From: Cyanophora paradoxa CCMP329
Taxonomy: Eukaryota > Plantae > Glaucophyta
Assembly: GCA_004431415.1 (NCBI GenBank)
Contig: QPMI01000685.1
Coordinates: forward strand, 1-64,000
Direction: 5' to 3'
DNA length: 64,000 nucleotides
Positions within the stretch are counted from its first letter, which is position 1, and every line of letters starts with the position of its first letter. Below are positions 11,148 to 23,647 of this stretch, one piece after another. The translations under genes and the position numbers were made by a program. The notes beneath the pieces are model-generated. The model ran no database searches, was not told the DNA's origin, and was given only the letters and a program-made list of their open reading frames with translations.

Positions 11148-11481
11148 GCCGCGCCCGGGACGTCGACGACCGTACCGGGCGGCTGCGGAGTCCCGGGTCC
11201 GCTGGGGGGTAGACCCAACTAGCGCAAATTTGATCCGGCCAGCTGCATGCATGCGCAGCTGCTTGCGCAGACAGAATTGATCGCATGCCGCGAGTGCACT
11301 TCTAGCGAGCAAGCAACGCATGCAATCGATAACTGCAGCTGACATACAATGACCGTGATTGCGTGAGCCTCAGCTACGACTGCGAGGCTCGGATGCGACT
11401 GGCGGTCCCCGGTCCGCTGGAGCGTCGCGCGCCCCGGCGGGGAGTCCCCCGCCACCGCCCGCCACACCGCCCGCCACGGGG

Positions 11482-12729
11482 TTACAGGAGGGACACCTCC
11501 GCGTCCGCCGCCGCCGCCTCGAACTGCGCGCCGCGTCAGCGTTCGCGGGGGGCGGGGCGGGGGTGCGGGGCGGGCCTCGAGGGCGTCGTCGGCCTCCTCG
11601 GCGCCGCGGCAGCCGCACAGGGCCACCTCCTCCGCCCCCTCCTCGCCGAACAGCGGCGCCTCCTCGTCAACCTGCGCCCACGGCGCCTGCGGGGCGAGCG
11701 CGCCGGCTCGGACCGGCGGCGGAGGGCGGGTCGCGAGGGCGGGGGGGGGGGGAGTCGACGCACGGGGCCCTGGGCGCCGAAGCCCGAGGCGCCGGCGGGG
11801 GCGGCCCCGTACTGAGGCGCTGGGGGTACCCGGCCCCCGGCGCGGCGGCGGGCGGCTTGGCGCCGTAGCCGGCGTTGGAGCCGCCGCCCATGAGGCTGTT
11901 GGCGGCGGTGCCGAGGAGGGCGGAGCCGAGGATGCCGGTGAGGCCGCCGCCGCTCGAGGGGCGCCGTAGCTCGAGTTGCCGCCGCCGCCGAAGAGGCCGC
12001 CGAGCATGCCGCCGGCGCCGCCGCCCGAGCCGCCGCCGAGGAGGCCCCCGAGGAAGGACGAGGCCGCCCCGCCCGTCGGGGCCTTGCCGCCGTAGCCGCC
12101 CTGGGGCGCGTAGCCGCCCTGGGCCCCGCCGTAGCCGCCCATGCCGCCGTAGCCGGGGGCCGGGGTGCCGCCGCCCATGAGGCCGCCGAGGACGCTGGCA
12201 CCCATGGAGCCGAGGAGGCTCTGGCCGGCGCCGCCGGCGGCGCTGCCGCCCATCATGCTGCTCATCGCCCCGCCCAGCAGCGCCGAGCCGAGCATGCCCC
12301 CGAGGCTCGGGCCGCCGCCGCCCTGCGGCGCCCCGTAGCCGCCGCTGCCGTAGCTCTGGCCGCCCCCGAACATGTTCCCCATGAACTGCCCCGCCCGCCG
12401 CCCCGGGTCAGGGCCGGGGCTCGAGCGGGCCGGGCGCGGCACGCGGGAGGGCGCGCCTTGGACGCGGTGCCGCTGATGATGTCCGAGAAGCCGCCACCGC
12501 CGCCGCCCATGAACTGTCGAGCGTCCGGCCGTCAGCGGGGTCGCTCGAAGGCTAGGAGGCGGGCCGGGGTGGCCCACGTTGCGAACGGCGGCGTCCGCCT
12601 TGTCGGTCGGCACGTCCCACGCTTGCTGCGCTCGGATTGAATCAGCCCAGACGCGGTGCGGTGGCTGCAACCGTGCCGCGTGCACGCCTCGAGCGAGTGG
12701 TCCTCATCGCTGCCGTCGACGTCCGTCAT
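11482..12729 (-). CDS. Gly/Met-rich protein with acidic CGC C-terminal module (family member 1)
   Basis: Spliced by eye: MTDVDGSDEDHSLE|QAWDVPTDKADAAVRN|FMGGGGGGFSDIISGTASK|FMGNMFGGG... ending VDEEAPLFGEEGAEEVALCGCRGAEEADDALE|FEAAAADAEVSLL*. Confidence 0.75.
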
Positions 12730-13387
12730 GGTGAACTGCCGCCCCCGCGTGAGACTCGTTCGCCGATTTGAGCTCTAAAGGCTTCTAAAAAGGGGGGAAG
12801 AGGCGCCGCTGGAGCGGGCTGCGGCGGAGACGAGTCATTCGCGGTGCGTGCGTTACTTCCGATACGACCGATTCAGTCGCCGCTGCCGGCCCCGAAGCGC
12901 GCCAATGCTACCGCAATAAGTTAGGCATATATATCGAACCTGTTACGAAGGCCGAACGTTAACTTCGGAACCCGGGATCCCGATTGCAGTCGTGCAAGGG
13001 GGGTACGTAAGGTCAGTCGTAAGGTCAGCTGCAGTGCGCACATGTACATGCAGCTGCAGGTTGCAAGCAGCGCCACCGTCGCACGTGTACCAACCCTCTA
13101 GCTATACTATGCTAGGCCGCAAATGCTCGAGCTAAGCTTAAGCCTACAAGGCTACCGGCCTAGTACGCCTCGAGGACAGCAACTCCAATGCCGCAGTACT
13201 AGTGCGCCCATATGCATGCAATCAAAAAGAGCTAGCGCTCGGGCGTAGAGTCGCCGTAGACGTCCCGGGCTGCCGGGCTGCCTGAGGCACGAATTTGAAC
13301 GAATTCGAACGAGTCGATTGATTTGCATAAAATAGAATTAATTTAGATTCGCCGCAGAAGGGCAGTGCGACCGGCGGCCGCGGCTCT

Positions 13388-14199
13388 CTACAGAAGGGCG
13401 AGGTCGATCTCCTCAGAGACGTCAGCCTGTGCGACGCGTCAGGGCCGGCCACGGGGGGCGGGGGCGGCGGGGCGGGGGTGCGGGGCGGGCCTCGAAAACG
13501 TCGTCGGCCTCCTCGGCTCCGCGGCAGCCGCAGAGGGCGATCACCTCCGCTCCCTCCTCGCCGAACAGGCCGACCTCCTGGTCCAGCTGCGGGCCCCCGA
13601 GGCGGCGATCGGGTCAGCTCGCGCCCCCGAGCCCCCTCGCGGCGGGTGCCGGGGGTCGCCCACCTCGGCGACGACGTTGGCCGCGCCCTGAATGGCGCCC
13701 CCGGCGGCCTGCGGCGCGGCGCGGCGTGAGCGGCCCGGGCGGGGCGGGGCGGGGCGGCGGCGGGGCGCGCCGAGTTGAGCGACTGGGTCATCGCGTTCAG
13801 CTTCTGGCCCACGAACTGCAGCGCGCGCCGAGGGGGCGTCCCCGGATCAGAGGTGCGGGGCGCCGGCGGCCGGGGCCCCGGCCCCGGGGCGGGCCCGGCG
13901 GGGCGGCGCACGGCGGAGGCCTTGTTGGCGAGGGTCTGGCCCAGGTTCACGTCGCGGCCCTGGATCACGTTCGTGGCGACCTGCCCGGCCCGGAGCCCGT
14001 GAGCGCCGCGCGCTGACGTGCGCGTGCGCGCCGGCGGAGCCGGGGCTCGCGGTGGCCCGCTGCGCGCAGTCACCTCCGAAATCGTCGACTTGAGCGACTG
14101 AGGCAGCAGATCGAACTGCGGGGTGACGGGCGGTCACAATCGGAGGGAGGCCAGGCTGCAATTGAAGAGAGCGGGAGGGGGGGGGCGCACGAGGCCCAT
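13388..14199 (-). CDS. Small amphipathic protein with acidic CGC C-terminal module (family member 2)
   Basis: MGL|FDLLPQSLKSTISE|VATNVIQGRDVNLGQTLANKASA|FVGQKLNAMTQSLNS...LDQEVGLFGEEGAEVIALCGCRGAEEADDVFE|ADVSEEIDLALL*. Start context CAGTTCACCATG is the same as member 1. Confidence 0.78.
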
Positions 14200-14903
14200 G
14201 GTGAACTGTCGAACTGAGGGAGGCGGAACACCTGTGTGGAATCCGACGGTTACAACCCGGCGCGGCGGGGAAAGACGATCTAGTCAATGATACGAGCTTT
14301 GATGTGCCGGCGGAAGCTCAAAAGACGGTGACTGTCCGCTGCAGCTGGCTGCGTGCCCGAATGCAACGCCAACCGCGAGCTTACGTACGGGCGCGCACCC
14401 CCGCGTTCTGATTACCAATAAACCACTGATATTAAAGCTCGTAATCGTTTCTAGAGAAAACGGAAACGGCCAGAAACCATGGGCGTGCAACGGCGAAAGC
14501 CGTCGACGGCACAGGCCTAGGAGAGCGCATGCCCCGGGCCCTCGTGATCCCGCGGCGGCCGTCCTAGAGCAACGTGCTCACCGGAGAAGCTGCTCAGCGG
14601 TTCTGGTAGGGGTACGACGTCGAAGCTGTTGAAACCTCCTTTTCTCTGCGCAGCTAGCGCTGCGCACGCGTACGCGGATGCGCGCCGCTCCGGATCCGAG
14701 GCTCCCAGCTTGCAATTGCAGCTCCATAGCAGCACGCGCCGGCGCCGGCGCCAACGTGCGCGCGCATGAATGGGCCGGCATGCGCAGGCCTCGCTAGCGC
14801 TGTAAATATTTCGAATTCCCGTGCTTGACATCCGCATCGATGCATATGAGCACTCTTAAAGCTTTGACAAGGGTCACGAGGCCGGCGCGCGCGCGGGCTA
14901 GCG

Positions 14904-17900
14904 CTAGTGGCCGCGGCGGGACTCGCCGGTGCTGAAGGGGAAGCGCGCGCCGTCGACGGCGAGCTGCAGGGCGCCCATCCTCTCCGCCACCAGCCGCGTG
15001 CCCCCGCGCCCCTCCGGGTCCCTGTTCTCGTCCCCGTACCCCTCCCCCGCGTCCTCCTCCAGCTCGGCCCCCTCCCCCCCGGGGGGCGCCGGCTTGGCCC
15101 AGGCCGGCTTGGGCCCCTTCCCGCGGCCGCCGCCCCGGCCGGCGGCGGGGCGGGCGCGCGGGGCCGACGCGGGGCGGACGGGCGGGCGAGGCGGGTCGTC
15201 GCTGGGCCGGTCGCTCACGAGGAGCGTCTCGTGGCCGCCGGCCTCCTTGCCGGCCTCGTCCCCCGAGCGGGCCGCCACCTCCGCCGCCGCTGCGCGCTTC
15301 GCCTTCTCGCGCATCGCGCGCGCCGCGAGGAAGGCCGCCCGCCGGCTCGTCGGGTCCCCCGTCGCGAACTTCGGCGCCTTCGCCCCCGGCCGCACCACCG
15401 CGTCTGGAGCACCGGCCCGTAAACGGAGGGGAGGGTACAAGGAAGGGGGGCTGCGGACCGTCCGGGTTGTAGGCCGGGCCCGGGCCGTTCTGCGGGGCGG
15501 CGGGGGTCGGCGGGCGGGGTACAGAGCGTTGCAGTGCAGGGGGACGCGGGCGGACGTTCGGAGCGAGGAGGCCGTACTCCCTCGCGAGGCCGGAGAAGCG
15601 GTCCTCCCGGCCCATGCGCTCGTTCTTCAGGAGGCGGTCCGCTGGCGCCCGCCGCCGCTCCGGCTGCACCCGGAACGCCCCGTCCTGCCGCGCGCGCCGT
15701 CGGCTCGAATCCGGCTGGGACCGGCGCCCGGCCCCGCGCGGCGCACCGGACGCGCGTACATCGGCCCCGGGCTCGGGTTGTTGCGGATCTGCGCTCGATT
15801 CAGAGAGGGGGGGGAAGGGGGAGGGGTACGGCACGGTGTGGTAGAGCCACTGGAGGCGCTCGTCCTCGGGCTGGAGGAGCTCCCGCCGGCGCTCCCCGCC
15901 CCGCGGCGTCGCCCCGCCCCCGTCCCCGGCCCCGCGCCCCCAGCGTCGCCACCCGCGGCAGCGGCCGCGGCCCTGCCCGCCCCTCCTCAGCGGAGTGGAC
16001 GGTGCGGGCGGGGAGGGAGGGCGGAGGGGCACCGGGGGCCTGCGGGGCGTGCCGGTGCTGCTGCTTCCGCCGTCGCCGCGCCCGCGCCCGCGCCCGCGCG
16101 GGGAGCGGGAGCGCGGGGAGCCCTGGCGGGAGAGCGGGAGCGCGGGGAGCCGGCGCGCGGGATCCCTGGCGCGGGGAGCGCTGCCGGGGCGAGCTCTTCC
16201 GCCGCGTCCGCCACGCCCGCGCCGGCGCCGTCCGGTTGCTGCCGCCGTACGCGCTCGGGTCGTGGAACCTGCGGCGCGCGCCCCCGCCTCAGAGGGCGCG
16301 GCGCGGCGGGGTAGGGGAGGGGAGGTCCCGCACGGGTCGTGGTAGCCCGGCGCGGTCCGCCCCGTGGACCCCCCGCGGCCCGTCCGCGCGGTCGTCTCCC
16401 CTCCACTGAGCGCGGCGTGAGCGACGGGCACCCGCCGCCGCCCCGCGCCCGCCCCCGCCCGCTCGCGCACCCCTCTCCCTCGTCCACCCAGGCCCGCCCC
16501 ACCTGGTGGCTGCCCGCACCAGTCGGCGCGCGGCGGGGCGGGCGCGGCGGGGCACAGGCGCGGGCGCAGACGCACATCCAGTGCAGGGGCTGCATCATCG
16601 GGTCTGTCGCGTGCGGCCTGCGGCGGCGGCGGCGGCGGCGGCTCGGGGCGGGGCGACGGGGGCGCGTGCGGCGAGGAGGGGTGCGGGATCGCACGGGAGC
16701 CCGTCACGGTGCGAGTTCGAGGACGAGTAGGCCTGCCGGTAAGGGCGTCGGGCGCCGGCCTCGCAGCGAGTGCCGGCGGGCGGGCGGGCGGGCCCGGCGC
16801 GCACGGAGGCGGTCACGTCCTCGTGCTCGTGCCCGGGGGCGGCGTTGGGGTCAACCCCTGCGCGCCGGTGAGGCGCGGCGGCCGGGGGGCCCGCCGGGGG
16901 GGGGGGGGGTACGCGGGCGGACGGGAGAGGAGGACTGTGGCGGAGAGGGCGCCGAGGGCGTACTCCTCCTCGTCCGCCCGCGTGAAGGCCGCCAGGCGGA
17001 ACGGGCGCGTGCGGTCCAGGTCCACCGGCACCTGTACCCCCGGAATCGGGCGCCGAACGGGCAGCGGGTGCACCGAAAAGATGGCCGCACCTCGGTGTAC
17101 CCCAGCGTGGGGACGCCGGCCGCGAAAGCCTGCAGGGGATTCAATGGTACCGAAGAGCGAAGATCGAAGAGTAGTGGAGTACCCCAACTCGAGCTAGCCC
17201 GGAGACTCTAACGTCGTCCGAGAGCCAAATCTCGATCTGGAATTTCTCCGGGACGCCGTCGTTGTAGCCTGCTCGGCGGTGGGCGGCGGGTCGCCCTGGG
17301 CGGGGCGGCAGGGGCGGAGCACCGTCCATGGGCTGGTAGGTGGAGAAGTCCTCGACGTCCACGAGCTCGTCGCCAGAGACGTGGGCGGAGTAGACCCAGC
17401 CGAGGACGCCGTTGAAGGTCCCGCCCCGCTGGAAGCCGATGAACTCGTTCCCGTCCGTCACGCCCACGATGAGCGAGTTCAGGTCGCGCAGGTTCAGCGC
17501 CCCCTCCACGGTGATCAAGAACCCCGTGACGCCCACCGCGGGGACCGCTGCCCGGCCGGCGCTCAGCGGGCCACGGGGCGCGAAGCGGGGCCACCGAGCG
17601 CACGGCCGAGCGGAATGTCAAGGACCAGCTCGTGGCGGACGCGCTCGGACGCGTAGCGGCCGCCCTGCGCCGGCGGCGGAGGCGACCGCTCGGCGAACCA
17701 CAGGATGCGGTCGCGGCGATCCGGAAGGAGGCCGGCAAGGCGGCGGTCGTTGACCCAGACGCTGCGCGCGAGGCGGGTGAGGGGCGACGGGGCCGGTGGC
17801 GGGGACAGCTCAAGAGCTCACTCCTCGCGTCTGTATGCAGCGACCTCCGCCGCGTCGCATCGCACGTCGCAGACGCGCTCGTATTCGGATTCTAAGTACA
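14904..17900 (-). CDS. Hypothetical protein with SHIPPO/ODF3-like PGP motifs (may be two genes; start uncertain)
   Basis: PSPGPMY and NGPGPAYNP motifs near the C-terminus. A globular-looking exon upstream (GFLITVEGALNL...FQIEIWLSDD). Splice signals appear to link the two parts at ~16.8 kb. Confidence 0.45.
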
Positions 17901-18568
17901 TCGTGTGATCCTTCATTGCGCAGACTCGCTCGCCGCTCGAACTATCCGCCGGGCAATGCCAGGGCGGAGGAGTCCCTACAGCTGGCCCGCAACTGATCTC
18001 GCACTGCTGTGAGCTGCTGCGCAGGCGGCGCACTGCTCAAGCCAGACCGCTTTGACGCGTTTGGAAGACCCGGAGGTCGCGGACGCGGCCGGTCGATCTA
18101 GATAGCCGAAAGATACGCGAGACACGCTTCGAGACCCTCGGCAGCAGGCTGGGTCTCGCGTTCTGCTTTTTCAAACGCGGGGGGTACGGTGCCTTAAAGG
18201 GGCGGGCGTACCCCCCTCTCAGTGCTCGGGGCCGATCACGACAAGGTGCGGCAACACCGCCGGGTAGCAGGAGAGCCGCAGCGCGCCGTATTGGCTTTGT
18301 AGACGCCTGAGGGACAGCTCTAGAGCCGCGGCTTCCGCCTTCCGATCGCCGGATCGCTGTGGCACGCTTCGGCCGCCTGCGCTAGCTGGACTGTGTCCTG
18401 TCGGTCCCTTCGTTAGCGCGTCTCTAGCTGAGGCTCTGCCGATTCGCACATCGCCCCCTGAGGCCGCCCGATCACCCGCTTCGCTCTAGGGCGCCCACAA
18501 TCCAACAGCCAGTGCACTGTGACATCGTGCGAGGGCTATTGCTCACACTCTCATCGGTCTGTACGCAG

Positions 18569-19038
18569 ATGCCGAAGGAGATCAAGGACATCAAGGTTCG
18601 CGCTTGCCGACGTGCTGCGCTCTCGCCAGCACGGGCCGCGAAGCTTAGGAGCCGGACCCTAGACTGTTCTCTGGCGAGGATGTGTCCTGACTGTGATGCG
18701 CAGGACTTCCTCCTGACGGCGCGCCGCAAGGACGCCAAGTGTACGCACATCGCTCGCGCCGGCCGCCTATGCAGCGCGCGGAGGCCATCGCTAACGCTGC
18801 GCAGCGGTCAAGATCAAGAAGACCAATGGCGTGACCAAGTTCAAGGTCCGCTGCAGCCGGTACCTCTACACCCTCCGCGTCACGGACTCCGAGAAGGCCG
18901 ACAAGCTGAAGCAGTCCCTTCCCCCGGGTGCGCTCGATCCTGCCGGAACATGCACGTTTCTCGTCCTTCCTCCTAAACCTAGCTAACTCGTTTCCCACCC
19001 TTTTTCACCACACAGGTCTCGCGGTCAAGGACATCTAA
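18569..19038 (+). CDS. RPL38: 60S ribosomal protein L38 (eL38), 4 coding exons
   Basis: MPKEIKDIK|[12 protein letters not shown]|[41 protein letters not shown]|GLAVKDI*. Confidence 0.98.
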
Positions 19039-20197
19039 GCGCGCTGCTAGCCCCTCTCATGCATCGGCCCACGAGAGCCGGTCAAGATGCCTCAGCTCAC
19101 AGATAGCGTGCCTCCCCGGCGCGGGCTGTGCCTGCTCTGAAGCATCGAAGCTGGTTTGCTCACATTCCTGCATCTGCCATATGGCCAGCGGCGTGGTAGA
19201 CGGAAAGAAGCGAGCGCTAGCGGGATATCGATCTTGGTCGCTGGGCATGATCTTTAAGCTAACGAGCCCAGGCAGGCGTGAGCCTCCTCGCGGAACTAGA
19301 GCATTAACCCTGATTCTTCAACACTGCAATTGCCAGACGAAGCATGCAATTAAAACACGCACGCCTCCTTTTCCTTACTACATTATTCCTTCGAAATGCA
19401 CGCAATGAAGGAAAGACGTCAACGACACCTTCCTCGGGTGCATGCGAGAAAGGAAAGGAAAGAACATGCTGCGGCGAATTCACTTCCTAAAGAGCACTAC
19501 GTATAAGGGGCATATCTAAATCGCGCTACCAGTGAATGAAAGCCGGCGCTATGTTCCGTCGTCTGGGCGGAGGGAGTCAGGGCCAAAGCGCACAGAGTGG
19601 GTGGCGCGTCGCACCACGTACCATCCCCGTTGGGCAGAGCTGTTGCTAGAACGCTCGATGCCATCGAAACTATCGCGCGAACGATTGTCCTGCGGCGAGT
19701 CGGCGTGAGGGTTCCTTGCGCGGAGAACAGGGCGGAGGCTTGCGGCGCTAGCTATGGACCTTGCGTTCGCGTTATCGCCTGTCTCTCCCCCACGAGAGCC
19801 GCCCCCGCTCCATGCGGACGCCGTTGCCATCAACGGAGAGGCGCTGGCGGCCGGGACCAGGGCCGCTGTGGAGCGCTGGCGGACGGCGAGCGCCGACGGA
19901 CCGGCACCGTGCCGTGCGGGAGATGCTACTGTTGCGACTGCGCGAGATCGTTCAGGCGGCTTCTTCGCAGCGCAACAGGCCGCGCGGACGGCACAGGTCA
20001 TAGTCGAAGCTCACCCGCAACGGCGGAGCCTGTTGTTATCGATCTTGACGCTGTCCTGTGCGCGGAAGCATGCGCTGCGGCCCTCAGGCCTGCCCGCACG
20101 GCCGATCTCAACATCTTTGCTTTGGCCCTCTACCCCTAAACCAAGTTGCACTGTTGCAGTGTTGCACCAACTGGGCGCCGGGCGGGCGCCGCGGAGG

Positions 20198-22310
20198 ATG
20201 GAGCTGCTCGGGGAGTCGAGCTGGCTCGCTGGGGAATCAGACGACCTCGGTCTCCTCGATTTTCAGCTCGCCGATGCCGCGTTCGACTCCCCGGCCGCGT
20301 CCGAAGAGGGCCACGAGCTCGCGTCGATCTCCAACGAGGACGGAGCGACATGGCTCCTGACCATCAAGGAATCCAACGGCCCAAGCGCTCTCGATGATCC
20401 CGTCGCGGTCGTCGCAGACGACTCCTTCGTGCTGCAGCCCGGAGACGATGGGCCGCCAGCGCCGTCTCAAACCGGCTGGGGCCGTTTCACCGGCCCCGAT
20501 CCTGGCGAGAGTGCGCCTCGCTTTTTCCCGGCGCACTCGCTCGCGCACTTGTTTGAGCGCTGCGGCAGACGAGGACGACTACATCATGCGGGTCGCCCGC
20601 GAGCTGGCCCCCAAAGTCTACCTGCACAGCAGGGAGGCGAGCGAGCGCGGGCGCTCACCAACCGATCCCTCCCTTCTGACTTACCGGAGCGCAGGAGTTC
20701 TTCCCCTCTTCCGTGGAGCACTTCCTGAAGCACACGTACTTGGACAAGGGCGACGGCCGCCGCGTCGTGCGCCCCCCTGCCCGTCCTCCCCTCTCCTTCT
20801 GATCGTGCCCCCGCAGGACGCCGAGCGCGCGCTGTTGAAGGAGGGCTACAGCGGCAAGGGCTCCCTCGTGACCCTGGAGGGCCTCGGCTGCCACAGCTGC
20901 TACAAGCCCCATTTCTTGAAGGGCCAGGTGAGCGCTAGCCCGGGGGTACATCGTGAGGTCAGCTAGCACGTCAGGGGTGCGCGCCGGTGAAGAGACAACT
21001 TTATTTTGCACGTCAGTCAGAGCGGCCCCTCGGGCCCCTGTTGACCACCTTCGTTCCAATGCTCGAGGCCGCGTCCGAGTGATTCTAGTTGTACTATGTG
21101 CGACGGCGTGATGAGATATCTTATTTGCACGTCAGTCTGCGCCCTTCGGGGCTCTGATGATCGAAAAGATACCGTTCCAATTGCTGATCCCGTCGCTCTC
21201 CCGCCCCTCCCCCTTTCGGGCGCCGCATCCCCGCCCCGCCCCTCACCGCCCCCGCGCAGAGCCTGGAGGAGGCGCCGGCGTACGCGATCATAACGAAGAA
21301 GGGCGATGTCACGGGTGCGCCAGCAGCCGCCCCACCCCGCCCCCCGCCCCTCTGAGCGCCTCCGATTCTCTCCTACGGCAGACATTTCCTACCAGTTCTT
21401 CTACCCCTTCAACTACGGCAAGAACTTCTGCATCGGCGCCAAGCTCTGGGGCCGCTGTATAGGCGGCAAGCAGGTCGGCACCGGCGCGCGCCCCGCGCAT
21501 CGAGTCCCGGGCCGAATCTTTCGCCGCAGCTCTTCGGCAACCACGTGGGCGATTGGGAGCACGTGGTGCGCCCCCCCCCCCCCCCCCCCCCCCCATCCCG
21601 CCCGGCGTCGGCCCTCGTTTTTGACGCCTCGGGCCGGCCCCGCGCAGACTCTGCGGCTGGTGCGGGGGGTGCCGGACTCGATGTACGTGGGGGCGCACAA
21701 CTTCGGCGGGGTCGTCCACGAGCCCCAGGTTCGGACCCCGCTGGGCCCCGTTCTCCTCCCCGCCTCGTGCCGAGCGGGCGCGCAGCTGCGGTTCGAGGAG
21801 GGCCACCCCGTCGTGTACAGCGCCCGCGGGAGCCACGGCTCCTGGGCCACCCCGGGGTGCCCCGCCCCCCGCCCCCCGCCCCGCCCGGCGCGCCTCACCT
21901 TGGGGGCGTGCAGGGAGCACGTGTACAAGAAGATTTTCAACGGGGAGCGCCTGGTGGACGAGGCGGACGCGGGGAAGGCCTGGCGGACCTGGGAGAACCT
22001 CCAGGCCCGCCCCGCGCGCCCCGCCGCCCCGGCACCCGCTCCCGCCGAGCCGGGCGGGTGCGCAGATCATCAAGAACGGGGGCGCGCAGCGCGAGCACCC
22101 GTGGCTCCATTTCAAGGGCGAGTGGGGCAACCCGGCGAGCGGCTGCCTGCCCTTCTCCCAGAAGGCGCGCCGGCCCCGGCCCCGGGCCCCCGCCCGCCCC
22201 GAGCCCTCGCCCCTGACGCCTGCCTCGCGCAGCTGGGGATCCCGTGCGTGAACACGGGCGGGCCGGCGGGGCCCCTGCGCGACGACCTCCTCCTCCCCGA
22301 GCTCAGGTAG
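20198..22310 (+). CDS. Vps62-domain-like protein (start may be further upstream)
   Basis: ELAPKVYLHSRE.FFPSSVEHFL, YQFFYPFNYG, GNHVGDWEHV, PVVYSARGSHG, FKGEWGN and GPAGP motifs. Confidence 0.85.
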
Positions 22311-22756
22311 CCGGGGGCCGCCCCGGCCCCCGCCCCGCCCCCGCCCCGCGTCCCCGGCCGCGGCCCTTTCTTCCACTCCTCTGTGCAATTATGTTGTACT
22401 CATGGAGCTATTGTCTTATTATTCTAGTTAGGCTGCATTGCCTTATTATTCTAGTTAGGCTGCCGCAGCGGCGCGTGTACGTAGTACTCGAGGATTTCAT
22501 GTACAGTGCTATGTTGAGATTAAGATGCAGGATTTCCGATGATCCCGGGGCCCGCATGCTCGAGCTCGCGTGCGGGGCTCGAGAGAAACGCTTCGAAAAA
22601 TTCAAATTTACGTAGTGCTTTACAAGGTGTACAGAACTACGTATACACAAGGCGCAGATCGATGCCGGACGGCCGGGCGCCGGGCACGGACTGGCACGCG
22701 CGCAGGCATGGCACATGTACAGGCGGGCGGGACCGGAGGCCGCGCGGGCGTCAGAT

Positions 22757-23529
22757 CTAGAGAGTCTCGATCTCGTCGAAGGACTGCTCGGCGGAGACCT
22801 GCTCGCGGTGGGCCGTGGGGCGCGCGGGGTGAGCGCTCAAGATCAGGCGGGGGCGGAGGGGGCGGCGCACCTCGAAGACCTCCTGGTCGTCGGCCTCGGC
22901 GCGCCCGCAGCCGCAGAACGAGAGCTCCTCCTGCGCGCCCCGCCGGCCGCCGCTCAGATTGGGCGGGGCCTGCCGGGCAGGATCGATATCGAAGTATCGT
23001 CGGACCTGGTTGGACTCGGAGAAGGTGACGCGGCCGGTGATCTCAACCGCCTCCTCATCCTCCTCCTCCTCCGGGCTCTGATCCTCCTCCTCCTCCTCTC
23101 CCTCGTCCGCGACGGTCTCGTCCTCCTCCTCCTCCTCGTCGGACTTCAGCTTATCCAGAGCCGCCTGCGCCTTCTGCGCTCGCCCAAGGACACGGGTAAG
23201 ATGTCTTTCTGCGTTCCGTGTGCAGAGGAGCCGACGGAGATCGAAATCCGCGGCCGAATAATCGCAGGATACTATGGAAAGTGCCAGTGCTTTTTCGGGC
23301 CGGGTCGCGGGCGGGCGACCCCGGCCCCCCGGAACAGAGCGCAGCGCGTAGTCACCGTTGCGAGATTGTCGAGAGACTGGGCCGCGGCAGAAACTTGATC
23401 GAGGAACTGCGCGGGCGGCGGTTGGCCTCCGAAGATCATCGGATAAGACTCGGAGGTACGGTTGCACAAAGCTGCCCGGCGTGGGCAGCCTCAAGCTAGT
23501 CGGGACTCGGGAAAGGAACGCACGCCCAT
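22757..23529 (-). CDS. Small acidic protein with CGC C-terminal module (family member 3)
   Basis: MG|FLDQVSAAAQSLDNLAT|KAQAALDKLKSDEEEEED...EELSFCGCGRAEADDQEVFE|...SFDEIETL*. Confidence 0.68.
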
Positions 23530-23647
23530 GTTTGAACGGTAAAAGTTGCGGGAGGTGAAGATAGAAACAACGGACTAACGGTTGCTCGATGCTTTTTGCC
23601 CAGCGCTCGGGGTACAGCCTTCTATACCTGAGCGCTGCTTCCGGCCC
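23530..23647. promoter_or_regulatory. Putative bidirectional promoter
   Basis: Only ~118 bp of lower-GC DNA separates the divergent ATGs of CGC member 3 and HAT1. Confidence 0.45.
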
